Source: Narcine bancroftii (lineage: Eukaryota). Taken from it: a stretch of DNA of 64,000 nucleotides. The DNA is taken from contig NC_091480.1 of assembly GCF_036971445.1 (NCBI RefSeq), positions 28,830,001 through 28,894,000 on the forward strand. Direction: 5' to 3'. Both the position numbers and the translations under genes were made by a program. Positions 13,514 to 25,300 of this stretch are shown one piece after another. Every line of letters starts with the position of its first letter. Within the stretch, counting starts at the first letter, position 1. The notes below the pieces were generated by a model. That model did no database searches, was not told the origin of the DNA, and was given only the letters and a program-made list of their open reading frames with translations.

Positions 13514-13700
13514 CTTGCGCCGCTCCCCTGTCGGACCGAGATTCAACCTCAGCGCCAAGCCGGAGAATGATTCAGGCCACCTTTCACCTCCGCACGGCGA
13601 CAAAGAGCGGACGCCTGGACAAAAGGCGCCGCGACTTCGGCTGCAGCGCCCCCTCGCGTTCAGGAGGACAAACATCCCTCTGTCGGCCACTTGTCCACCG
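13514..13700 (-). promoter_or_regulatory. CpG-rich 5' UTR/promoter of CPSF4
   Basis: GC/CpG-rich stretch immediately upstream of the CPSF4 ATG in an otherwise AT-rich window; TSS not determinable. Confidence 0.65.
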
Positions 13701-13919
13701 TTTAGAAGGTAAAGTTTCCATTATTGTCACGTAATACTCCATTTAGAATGTAACGTACATGAAATTCTTTCACTTTGTCTACTGTAAGGGAAACAGAGAG
13801 TCGCCACTTTGTCCAGCGCCCCTCACAGAAATGAGACCCCAGCGAGGAATGAACTCACGACCCCTATTTTACAAGAGCAATGCTCTAACCAAACCCAGCA
13901 GGCCTCGCAGCATCTATAG

Positions 13920-14210
13920 CAGGGGTGGCCAAACCGCGGCTCTTTGACATGTAATGTGCCGCTTTCAGGTGCCTAGGGGGAAGCGGATAATATTCCTTCC
14001 TGAGGTGGGTTGAGTCAGTACACCTCGGGGGCGGGTTCTCTGCTTTCAGGTGGTCTCCCGACAGCCACATTTGGTTATTTTAGGTGGCTTTACATTCGGG
14101 TATTATTGCCACCTGAATAGTGTTAGTGGATGTGGCTTGCGATTGCATGATTGCTATGGCTCTCAAACATATGAAGTTTATGGTATGCGGCTCTTATGTT
14201 AAGCAAGTTT
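13920..14210. mobile_element. hAT (Charlie-like) non-autonomous fragment just upstream of CPSF4
   Basis: Starts CAGGGGTGGCCAAAC with GCGGCTC subterminal motifs at both ends; second TIR not intact. Confidence 0.55.
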
Positions 14211-14374
14211 AGGAAGTACAGGGTAGGACGTGGTTTGGGCGGGGATGCAGATGGCTGCTTCAAGACAACAGGTGTATCTTGGGAGCAGAATAGTTTTCCA
14301 GGACCTCAGTTTGACCTAAAGGACTTGGATAAATTATGTGAAACTACAGGGAAAACTGTGATGGTTTGGACTTC

Positions 14375-15290
14375 ATAAGAAATAGGAGCAGGAGTGGGCC
14401 ATCCTGCCTGTCGAGCCCGCTCCGCCATTCAGTGAGCTCACGGCTGATCTGACAATAGGCTCATCTCCACCTACCTGCCTTTTCCCCCCATATCCCTTAA
14501 ATCTCAATGGGATGGTTTGCATCTGAACTGGACGGGAGACTAATATCCTTTGGCAGGAAGATTTACTAGTGCTGCTCTGGTGGGGGGGGGGGGAGGTTAA
14601 ATTAGGTTTGCAGTGGAGTGGGAACCAAAGTCCCAGAGGAGATAGAGGAGTGGAGAAGGAAGAAGATGGGAAGACTGAATGAAAATTCAGAAATCAAAGG
14701 GTTGTGCATGGTAGAAATGTTCTCAGGTGCATCTAATTCAATGAAAAGAGTGTTGTAGGAAAGGCAGTTGGGTTCAGAGCATGGATTGGCACATGGGATT
14801 ATGACACTGGCCATTAGTGAAATTTGAATACAGGAGGGGCAGGACTGGCAGCTCAATGTTTTGGGCTTCCATTGTTTCAGATGTGATAGAACAGGAGGGA
14901 TGAGAATGGAAGGAATGGCATTGCTCATCAGGGAAATTATCACAACTGTTCTCATACAGAACAGACAGGAGGGCTTGTTACTGAGGTTATGTAAGTGGAG
15001 CTGAGAAATGGGAAAGATATGACCACATTAATGGGGTTGTATTATAGACCGCTCAATAGTCAGCCAAATTGGAGGAACAAATTTGTAGAGAGATAGCAGA
15101 CAGCTGCAGAAAACAAAGTTGTGATAGTAGATTTTAACTTTCCACACATTGACTCAGGATTCCATACTGTAAAAGGGCTGGATGGCTTGGAGTTTGTCAA
15201 AAGTGCTCAGCAGAGATTTCTTAATCAATAAAACTGAGGTACCAACTAGGGAGAGTGGAATACTGAATGTCATATTAGGGAACAAGACAG
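14375..15290. mobile_element. CR1 remnants: reverse 3' tail (14375-14500) followed by plus-strand ORF1/ORF2 endonuclease fragment
   Basis: cataagaaataggagcagg tail; decayed motifs GLYYRP, DFNFPHID, PTRESGILNVILGN. Confidence 0.7.
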
Positions 15291-16183
15291 AACAGCTATA
15301 CACAAAAATTCAGGAAAAACTCAGAAGGAAACTCAGCATCCATAGAAAGCAAAAGACAGTCAATGTTGAGCTCTTCAAGAGATCTAGAAAATAAAATGAA
15401 GTGGGTCAAAAGGAAAGGGGGAGCAACACAAGCTAAGAGCTAGATAGATAGGAGGGTGAAGAAGAGATAGAAGTGATTGAGTGAAGCAATAGCTCTGTGA
15501 TAAGTGAAGGAAGGGAACTGGAGGAAGGGAGAAAGTGATCTCCCAATCTGTATCCAGTCTTGATATGGAGGAGATCAACCCCATTTTATTTCTGGAAGAA
15601 AAAAATCCACCACCATGACAGTTTTTATATATCTTGGCATTTTTTTTGGGATACTTTTTTAATATACCCTTTTGCTCTATGTCCTTTAATTCATTTCTTT
15701 TATTGTGCCTACTTTAATCTTATTCTCATAACACTTCTAAAATGCAACCACACATAAAATACTCCAAAGAGCAACTAAACTAGAATGAACACCACCGTTA
15801 CTGAGAGGTTTGCTGGTGTTGTTTGCCAATGTTTAAACTAATCTGGCAGGAGATAAATAAAAAGAGTACCAGCAACAGCTACCCTGAAAAAAAGATTAAT
15901 TCAATAAAACAGCAAGTCTTTGTCTTTATCTTCTCAAAGTTCCAGCATCTGCAGCTTTTGTACATTTCAAATGAAAGAATAAGTTAATTATGGGGTTATT
16001 CTGGCAGTTGATCCAGAGGAGATTGTGGAAGAAACAACACAAGGATCTACTGAAACAATACCTTCGTCGTGTCATTATTTTCCTTTGTGAAAGTCAGAGA
16101 CAGATTTTTAAAAATATGTTAAACCTGCAAAAAATTGAATAGATGAATCAATCCTTTCAGAAAGTGGGAAGTGGAATAATCTT

Positions 16184-18385
16184 TTTTTTTATTATTTATT
16201 TTTTTATTTTTCACACTATAAACCATATTGATCAAGATACATACATTTTCCTTCTTAAATATATACAGTGTCGTTTTCTTCCCTCCTCCCCTCCCTCCCT
16301 CCCTCACCTCCTCTCCCATTTATTTAAAGTTCAGAATATAAGATACATTAAACCCGTCAAACAATGTTGTCACTCAATAAAAATAAACAAGAAATTCCAC
16401 TGAGTCAGTTCTTTTCATTATCTTCTCCTTCTGTCATTTTAGGTGGTAGATGTCCATGGTAGGTTTTCTCTATTGTGTTTCTTGTATGGCTCCCATATTT
16501 GTTCAAATATTGTAATGTTATTTCTTAAATTATATGTTATTTTTTCTAATGGAATACATTTATTCATTTCTATATACCATTGTTGTATTCTCAAGTTATC
16601 TTCTAATTTCCAGGTTGACATAATACATTTTTTTGCTACAGCTAGGGCTATCATAACAAATCTTTTTTATGCTCCATCCAAATCGAGTCCAAATTCTTTG
16701 TTTTTTATATTACTTAGGAGGAAGATCTCTGGGTTTTTTGGTATATTGCTTTTTGTGATTTTATTTGATATCTGGTTTAGATCTTCCCAAAATTTTTTCA
16801 CTTTCTCACATGTCCAAATTGCATGAATTGTTGTTCCCATTTCCTTTTTACAGCGAAAACATCTGTCTGATACTGTTGGGTCCCATTAATTTAACTTTTG
16901 AGGTGTAATGTATAGCCTGTGTATCCATTTATATTGTATCATACTTAACCTCGTGTTTATTGTATTTCTCATAGTTCCGGAGCATAACTTCTCCCATGTT
17001 TCATTCTTTATCTTTATGTTTAGATCTTGTTCCCATTTTTGTTTAGTTTTACCATTTGTTTCCTCATTCTCCTTTTCTTGTAGTTTAATATACATGTTTG
17101 TTACAAATTTTTTGATTATCATTGTGTCTGTAATCACATATTCAAAATTACTTCCTTCTGGTAACCTCAGACTGTTTCCCAATTTGTCCTTCAAGTAGGA
17201 TTTCAGTTGGTAGTATGCCAACATTGTATCGTGAGTTATATTATATTTATCCTTCATTTGTTCAAAGGATAATAATTTATTTCCCGAAAAACAATTCTCT
17301 ATTCTTTTGATCCCTTTTTTCTCCCATTCTCTAAAGGAAAGGTTATCTATTGTAAAAGGGATTAGCTGATTTTGCGTCAGTATTAGTTTTGGTAGTTGGT
17401 AATTTGTTTTATTCCTTTCTACATGAATCTTCTTCCAGATGATGCAATACTGGAGAATTCCTACGTTGTACCAATTTTTCATCCCATTTATACATGTTCA
17501 GGTATCTTCTCCCCTATTTTATCTAGTTCTAATCTAGTCCAATCTGGCTTTTCCCTTGTTTGATAAAAATCTGATAAGTATCTTAATTGTGTGGCTCTAT
17601 AATAATTTTTAAAGTTTGGTAGTTGTAAGCCTCCTTGTTTATACCATTCTGTTAATTTATCTAGTGCTATCCTCGGTTTCCCCCCTTTCCATAAAAATTT
17701 CCTTATTATTTTCTTTAACTCCTTGAAGAATTTCTCTGTTAAGCGTATTGGTAATGTCTGAAATAGTTATTGTATCCTTGGGAAAATGTTCATTTTAATA
17801 CAGTTTATTCTTCCTATCAGTGTTAGTGGTAAGTCTTTCCAATGCTCTAAGTCGTCTTGTAATTTTTTCATTAGTGGATAATAATTGAGTTTATATAGAT
17901 GGCCAAGGTTTTTATTTATTTGTATACCTAGGTATCGCATTGCTTGCATTTGCCATCTGAATGGTGATTCTTTCTTAAATTTTGAGAAATCCGCATTATT
18001 CATTGGCATTGCTTCACTTTTATTTGCGTTAATCTTGTACCCCGACACTTCTCCATATTCCTTCAATTTACTATGTAATTCTTTTATTGATATTTCTGGT
18101 TCTGCTAAGTATATTATAACGTCATCTGCAAATAGACTGATTTTATATTCCTTGTCTTTTATTTTTATCCCTTTTATTTTCTGTTCTTATCAGTTCTGCT
18201 AGTGGTTCTATGGCTAATGCGAACAATAAGGGAGATAGTGGGCATCCCTGCCTTGTTGATCTGTTTAAGTTAAATTGTTTTGATATATATCCATTTACTG
18301 TCACTTTCGCCAATGGCCCCTTATATAATGCTTTAATATATTTCTCTGGTAAACTGAATTTTTGTAGTACTTTGAATAAATAATT
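16184..18385 (-). mobile_element. 5'-truncated L1-clade LINE (ORF2 RT to Cys-rich C-terminus, 3' UTR, poly-A)
   Basis: RQGCPLSPLLF and LFADD motifs, YGEVSGYKINANKS, RYLGIQI; T-rich tail at 16182-16210; target-site duplication GAAGTGGAATAATCTT at 16168-16183 and 18386-18401. Confidence 0.93.
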
Positions 18386-18590
18386 GAAGTGGAATAATCT
18401 TGATAGTAATTATAATAATTGTAATTGTATAAAGGAAGTCCATTGGCACAGAATAATTGTCAATGAACAAGCCACGTATTTTACCAGCTCTTAATGTCTC
18501 TTAAGGTATTCATTTAATAATCATTGGTAAAAAGTTCAGATTGAAGAGGAACAACATCTTTAAAGATGCCGTTAACACAAGACTAATATA

Positions 18591-19433
18591 ACATCTCCAT
18601 CGGGCACACAAAACTCAAAACGGTCAACCAGTTTACCTATCTCGGCTGCACCATTTCATCAGATGCAAGGATCGACAATGAGATAGACAACAGACTCGCC
18701 AAGGCAAATAGCGCCTTTGGAAGACTACACAAAAGAGTCTGGAAAAACAACCAACTGAAAAATCTCACAAAGATAAGCGTATACAGAGCCGTTGTCATAC
18801 CCACACTCCTGTTCGGCTCCGAATCATGGGTCCTCTACCGGCATCACCTACGGCTCCTAGAACGCTTCCACCAGCATTGTCTCCGCTCCATCCTCAACAT
18901 CCATTGGAGCGCTTTCATCCCTAACGTCGAAGTACTCGAGATGGCAGAGGTCGACAGCATCGAGTCCACGCTGCTGAAGATCCAGCTGTGCTGGGTGGGT
19001 CACGTCTCCAGAATGGAGGACCATTGCCTTCCCAAGATCGTGTTATATGGCGAGCTCTCCACTGGCCACCGTGACAGAGGTGCACCAAAGAAAAGGTACA
19101 AGGACTGCCTAAAGAAATCTCTTGGTGCCTGCCACATTGACCCCCGCCAGTGGGCTGATCTCGCCTCAAACCGTGCATCTTGGCGCCTCACAGTTTGGCG
19201 GGCAGCAACCTCCTTTGAAGAAGACTGCAGAGCCCACCTCACTGACAAAAGGCAAAGGAGGAAAAACCCAACACCCAACCCCAACCAACCATTTTTCCCC
19301 TGCAGCTGCTGCAACCGTGTCTGCCTGTCCCGCATTGGACTTGTCAGCCACAAACGAGCCTGCAGCTGACGTGGACTTTTACCCCCTCCATAAATCTTCG
19401 TCCGCGAAGCCAAGCCAAAGAAAAAAAAAGAAG
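18591..19433 (+). mobile_element. 5'-truncated RTE-clade LINE
   Basis: [44 protein letters not shown]-terminal CxxC..H zinc finger; TSD AATATAACAT at 18585-18594 and 19434-19443. Confidence 0.93.
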
Positions 19434-19579
19434 AATATAACATTTAATAACAAACTGCATTACAGTAAAAGAAAAACAAGATATTATAAATTCTGTAAAA
19501 AATGCTGAAGTTTCTAATGCAGATCAGACAGATTTGTAGAGGCAGAAATAGACAACTTTTCAGCTTGATGCTCTGACAG

Positions 19580-20100
19580 AATCAGGATTTATTGTCATGA
19601 ACAAGTCATGAAATTCGGTGTTTTGCGGCATAGAGCAAGCATTCATATTAGCAATCATTTTTCTATCAAAAAAATTAAAATAATAGTGCACAAAAAGTAA
19701 GGCAGTGTCTTTGGTTCATTGATTATTCAGGAATCTAATGACAGTGGGGAAGAAGCTGTCCTTGTGCCGCTGAGGGCTCGTCTTTAGGCTCCTGAACCTT
19801 TTTCCCCATGGTAGCAGAGTGAAGCGGGCATGGCGTGGGTGGAGGGGGTCTTTTGAGGATAGAGGCTGCTTTTTTAAGACACCACCTCATGTAGATGACC
19901 TCGATGGAGTGAAGTCTGGTGCTCTGATGTTGCAGGCTGAGTTCTCTGGAGTTTATTCTTGTCCTGAGAGTTGGCTCCTCCATATCAGGCAGCGATGCAA
20001 CCAGCCAGAATCCTCTCCACGGTACACCAGTAGAAGTTTGCAAGAATGGAATCTCTTCAGACACTTCACAAAGTATAGCCCACTGTGCTGGGGAAAATGC
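19580..20100 (-). mobile_element. Rex1/Babar-type LINE 3' fragment directly upstream of the PTCD1 promoter
   Basis: RWCLKKAASILK(DP) remnant and 3' UTR shared with other copies in the window. Confidence 0.7.
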
Positions 20101-20149
20101 ATTCACAGATTTTCTTTAAGCTCTTGTCAATCGACCCAGGGCTCCTGTT

Positions 20150-20364
20150 GACAAAGACAGAAGGACGGACCAATCACAGCTCGATTCTAAGAAAGCGAAC
20201 CAATCGTGGACGTTATGGGCGGAATCTAGTCGCGCCGGAAGTGCACGCGGTGAAGGCAAGTTTGCTACTTGTCCAGTTGCTGGAACGAGGTGTTGGGAAT
20301 TTTATAATTCCTGTTTCTTGAGATAACTGTTGGTGCAATGATGATCGTTTGTTCTGTGTTGTAG
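20150..20364 (+). promoter_or_regulatory. PTCD1: PTCD1 promoter and probable non-coding exon 1
   Basis: Two CCAAT boxes (about 20171, 20200), GGGCGG at about 20217, ETS motif CCGGAAGT at about 20236, local CpG enrichment, donor TAG|gtaagg at 20364/20365. Confidence 0.75.
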
Positions 20365-20779
20365 GTAAGGTAGACACGGGTTTCTCTGCAGCTATTGGAA
20401 GTGCGCGCAGTAGATGCTGTACGAGCAACGTGGTTCCGAAGGGAGAGGCCCAGAGCTGAAGTCAATGCCTCTGGTACAAATGTCTGACAATTGTGTAGGG
20501 GCAACCAAATAATGTATAATGTTAAACATCTTCAACTGACCCAAAACATTTTCCATACAGGTTGAAAGGCTGAGTTTTTGCAGTAGTTCTGTTTTTAACT
20601 TGGGTTAGTTGGTCCTTGAGGTTGAATTAATGTTTTAAACTCAAACGATTGAAACTTGCAAAATTGAGGTTGATGATCAAGGAAAAAGGGACGGACCAAG
20701 AAATTAAAGGCTGGTTTGTTGTGGTAGTGGGCAAATTATTTGCATTAATTTTGCATACCTTTTTAGAAAGCAGTTAATT

Positions 20780-21260
20780 GGTCAGAGTGGATTTCTTACA
20801 GAAAGGATGTTCTTGTTAATTAATTCTCTCGGGTGAGGGTAGGTTGCCTCAGGCAGTATATTTGATGAAGTCTACCTGGATTTTGATAAGGCTTTTGATC
20901 AGATCTCCATGGCGGGCCTGTTTAAACAAAACACTTTTGGGATCCGTGTGCCCATCCAAATGGGGAACAAATTAAACTACAAATGGACTCACTTACAGGA
21001 AGCAGAGGCTTGTCTTTATGACTAGATGTCTGTCCGAACAGGATTCCACTCACCTCAGTATTCAGTTACTTGCCATGAATAAGTAAGATCAGTGATTTAA
21101 ATCTCAATTTAGTGGGCACAAGAAAGAAGTTTGTAATTGGTACAAAAATTAGTCGCATGATTGACAGAAAAGTCTTGGACTGCAAAATAATGCAAATTGG
21201 TCAGTTAGAACAAAAAATAGCAAATGAAATTTGCTGGAAAGCTGAAATGGATATTTAGTA
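20780..21260 (+). mobile_element. Old CR1 RT fragment in PTCD1 intron 1
   Basis: VYLDFDKAFD motif near 20870. Confidence 0.6.
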
Positions 21261-21831
21261 TGGTGGAAATGAACAGCACACCTGGAGAGGGAAAAAAAAC
21301 TAAATTTGAATTTCAGATAATCACTTCAGAGCTGAAAGAATGGCACACATTTTAACCCTTTGCATTCTGGCCATTTTTAACCTTTCATATTACAGTATAT
21401 ACTCTAGACTGGGTCCATGGGTAAACTACAGTGTGAACCAGCTGGTGGTTGAGTATAAAACCAGTCCCAGAAAACAGGGACACAGAGTACATTAGCTTGT
21501 TGGTAGTCACTGAAAATTGACCTGGAGTCCAAAAGGTTAAGCAAGTACAGATGTTAAGATAGGAACACTAAAGGAACAAGGCAAGTGGTAATCAAGGGAT
21601 AAAGTAAAATGGATGATGTTTCACTCTTATGTTTTGTGCTGCTTGGTGATTATTATTACTCAAACTTTGAATGTTTAAAAATAAAAGTGACTAATTGCCT
21701 CTCTGAGCAACTCTCATTGCATATTTTATTTGTCTTGTGGATTTGTATTTATATTTTGTTCTCATTTGACCCTTAATAGAGATTTCCTTTCTGGAAAATC
21801 CCATGTGAAGCAGGAGGAGCTTGCAAAAAAC

Positions 21832-22335
21832 ATGACTTGGAGTAGATTTTTGCACCTTCGGAATATTCCCTTGCAATGTCATTCTGTTCTGAATTCAACA
21901 GACTACACCCAGTTCAGACACCTGAATGTTCTTTTGAAGATCAGTCCTGTGGGAATCACGCCTCCTAAAAGTGTGACACATCCAAGGATCCTGCTGTCTC
22001 CTCCATATGAATGGACAAGTTTATCTATTATAGTCAACAATTCTCAGATCAATAATATAAATGCCTTGCAGGACCAAGGCACACCGAAGCAGAAAGTATC
22101 CCATGCTTTGCCAGGGGATGAAGCTGATTTGGAAGGATTTGGAGCACAAGGAAAATTCTACTCTGCCCGGAGGGTTTTCCGTAAAAGTAGTTCACAGATG
22201 CAGGATTCAGGATACAGTGATACTGAGGATCAAGACATGGAAGTTGAAAGTCCAAAAGTGAGGTGGAAGATGGGTCGAAGGAATACTACCTACTGGTACT
22301 TCCTACAGTGTAAAAAACTCATCAAGGAAGATAAG
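21832..22335 (+). CDS. PTCD1: PTCD1 first coding exon
   Basis: Acceptor taatag at 21779, ATG 21832, ends LIKEDK|gtctgg. Confidence 0.85.
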
Positions 22336-25300
22336 GTCTGGAATTTGGTGACACGTATTTCCTGATTTTACTAAGGGTAATGGTGTTGCAAAAGCGGTAG
22401 GGTCAGCTAATTGTTACAAGCAAACTCCAGGCCAATGAATGCAGAGCAGTATGTGCTTAATAATGCAAATGGTTTTTCTTTTCCTTTATTTCTGCACAAT
22501 TGACTGCAGATGTGCCATGTTAAATTCAACCACCCTCTTCCCTCCCTTAAGACCTTCAGGAGGGCAAAGATTATTTTAGAAATGAGCTGTGAAAGAAGTG
22601 CATACTTCATTAACAAGGACCCAGTATCTCATTAAAGGGATAGGCTCATTTCCACCTACCTACCTTTTCCATGTATCCTTTAATTCCCTTACTATGTAGA
22701 AATCTATCCAATCTTCTCTTATATATTGACTGAGATTGCCTCCATTGTTTCAATGGGCAGTGAATTCCACAGATTCACCACCCTCTGGGAAATGCAGTTC
22801 CTCCTCGTCTCTCCTAAATTTACTATTCTGAATCTTGAGGCTATGTCCCCTAGTTCTGGTCTCCCCTACCCATGGAAACAACTTGCCTACCTCTATCTTA
22901 TGTTTCTATAAGATCCCCTCTCATTCTTCTCAATTTCAGTGTGTACAGTCCCAGACAACTCAATTTCTCCTCATCATCCAACCCCTTCATACCTGGAATC
23001 AACCTGGTGAACCTCCTCTACACCGCCTCCAAAGCCAGTACATCCTTCCTTGAGGATGTATGCAGTACTCCAGATGTCGTCTCACCACTACCAAAAGTTG
23101 CAACATAACCTCTCTGTTCCTAAATTCAATCCCTCTAGCAATAAAGGCCACCATTCCATTTGCCATCTTGGTAGCCTGGTGCAACTGCAAACCCGTCTTT
23201 TGTGGTTCATGCACAAGCACTCTCAGATCCTTCTGCCCGTTAGCATGCTGCAATCAATTTCTCTGCATTCTTTTGGTTAACCAATTCTCTATCCATGCTA
23301 ATACATTCATCCCCAATTCCTTGCCTCCTTATCTTGCGTCTTTTATGCAGCCTTCTGAAAATCCAGATAAAAATCAACCACCTGCTCCCTTCTATCTACT
23401 GAGCTTGTTATTATCCTCAAAGAACAGAAAATTTCCAGTAAATCACAAACTCTGCAAGAGATGTTACAAAAAAAAGGAAGCTTTTGTTAAATTTGTAATT
23501 TCAATTGTATCATGCCAAAAATATTCTTACTAGAGTAGGTTCTAGAGTAAGACAATAGTTAAGTTGTTAGTTGAGATCATTTCTTTCACAAAATAGCTTT
23601 TGGTCCATAGCATGCAAACAAGCTATCAAAGCCTGAATTCCCTGACAGTTCCACAACTGGCTTTTGTCTAGATAGGTGAATTGGCTTAACTTGGGCAGAA
23701 ACCACGCTTCAAATAAAACCAGATCCGTAAGACTTTTTCACTATAGTGATTTGACCTGAGTGTAACTTTTACAACAGGAATGCCTTGATGAAGCTGAAAC
23801 CCAATTAAAACAGAAAATGTTGGAAACACTCGATTGGCCAAGCAGTATACGTAGAAAGAGAAGTAGTTAATCTTGCACCAAGATCTGACGATGGGTCTTG
23901 GACCTGAAACATTAATTTGGTGTCTCTGTCCACAGACACTGTTTGACCTACTGAGTGCTTCTAGCATTTTCTATTTTATTTCAGGTTTTTAGTGTCTGAA
24001 GATTTTTCCCAAAACCCTAATCATATCCATAAGTCTGCCTAGGAATTGCTTCAATGACACGTCTTCCATAACAAATTATCTGAACATTATTTACATTGTT
24101 GTTTGTAGGGGTTTGCTGTGTGTAACTGATTACATTCTTAACAGTGGCTTTGCTTTGCAAGTTCTTCATTGGCTCTCATGTGATTTGGGATGTCACAAAA
24201 TGAACATAAAGTCATGCTAGCTCTAAACTTTCCGGTATAGTTTGAAGTATATTCATTTTTTTTTTTGTGAACATTTTCCAAAGGATTATTATCTAAATGA
24301 GATCGTCTTATTAGATTTTGGCAATGTGAACAAATCTCAGTCCTTGTTGTAATAGATAAAACCTGTGTTTGTTTGATTAATTCAGTGAACTTTCCCAACA
24401 AGAGGAACTACAAACTCTGTGATATTTCTTTATAATTAAATTTAAAAAAAAGAATCTCCCAATTGTCTTTACTGATAGGATGCTATACTCTTATGTAGAA
24501 AGTAGTGTGTAGCTCACAAAATTACACAACCTGGTCAAGAGGATTTGACTGTTATTGTCTGTAACCAACATACTTTATTGTCATGTGAATACTTGTTAGA
24601 TTGTTTGCTTAATTCCTTTTCTAGATCAATGCATCATTTGTCTGTTTCAGCGCCTTAATGATCCTCACAACAATGTCTTGCATCTTTTTAGTTAGCAGAG
24701 GCCCTGGACATGTTCGAGACTCGGATGATGAAGGAAGAGCAGCTGATCCCTGAAGAATACAATTACACAGTATTGATAGGAGGATGTGGAAGAGCAGGTT
24801 ATTTGAAAAAAGCCTTTAAACTCTATAATGAGGTGAGTAGCAGTGACTGGAAGATCGACTAGCAAAATTTTGATCACTTTTTTCTTTGTATAAAGAGAAC
24901 TTATGGAAAGATCCAAAAATAATTGTTCTTAACACTGTGCTTCATAATTGAATAATTCTTGGAAATTTGAATCGCATACTTCTATTTTATGGGTCTGAAA
25001 TTCCATCTTTGCCTTGTGAAATTAAAAGTCCCATCAATGTAGAAGTTTGACTTTGGTACCTTTCAAATAATAGCTGTTCATCTGAAGAGATAACCAGAAA
25101 CATATCAAATAAAGCTTGTCACTATTGAGATGGTGTCTTTAGCCATCCTGGCCCAAAACTTTGCAATTTATTTTGAAAGATATTCTCAAACCTAATTTCT
25201 TTGATCTTAATGCAATAAGACTTAACACCACTTCCTCGATTGGCTCTGTGTCTCTTTTAATCACATTACAATCACTTTATCCTAACAAGGATGGTTTAGT

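Noticed and set aside
13514-13690. N-terminal extension of CPSF4 suggested by ORF 13403..13690
   Set aside because: Begins at a non-ATG codon in GC-rich leader; the conserved protein starts MQE at 13513
19000-19508. Recurrent antisense and alternate-frame ORFs (also 26781-27270, 60399-61154)
   Set aside because: Shadows of the same GC-rich RTE 3' region; recurrence reflects copy identity, not a separate gene
21780-21831. In-frame ATP5MF-PTCD1 read-through like the human fusion transcript
   Set aside because: The frame is open upstream of the ATG, but no ATP5MF exon is in the window, so compatibility with this phase-2 acceptor cannot be shown
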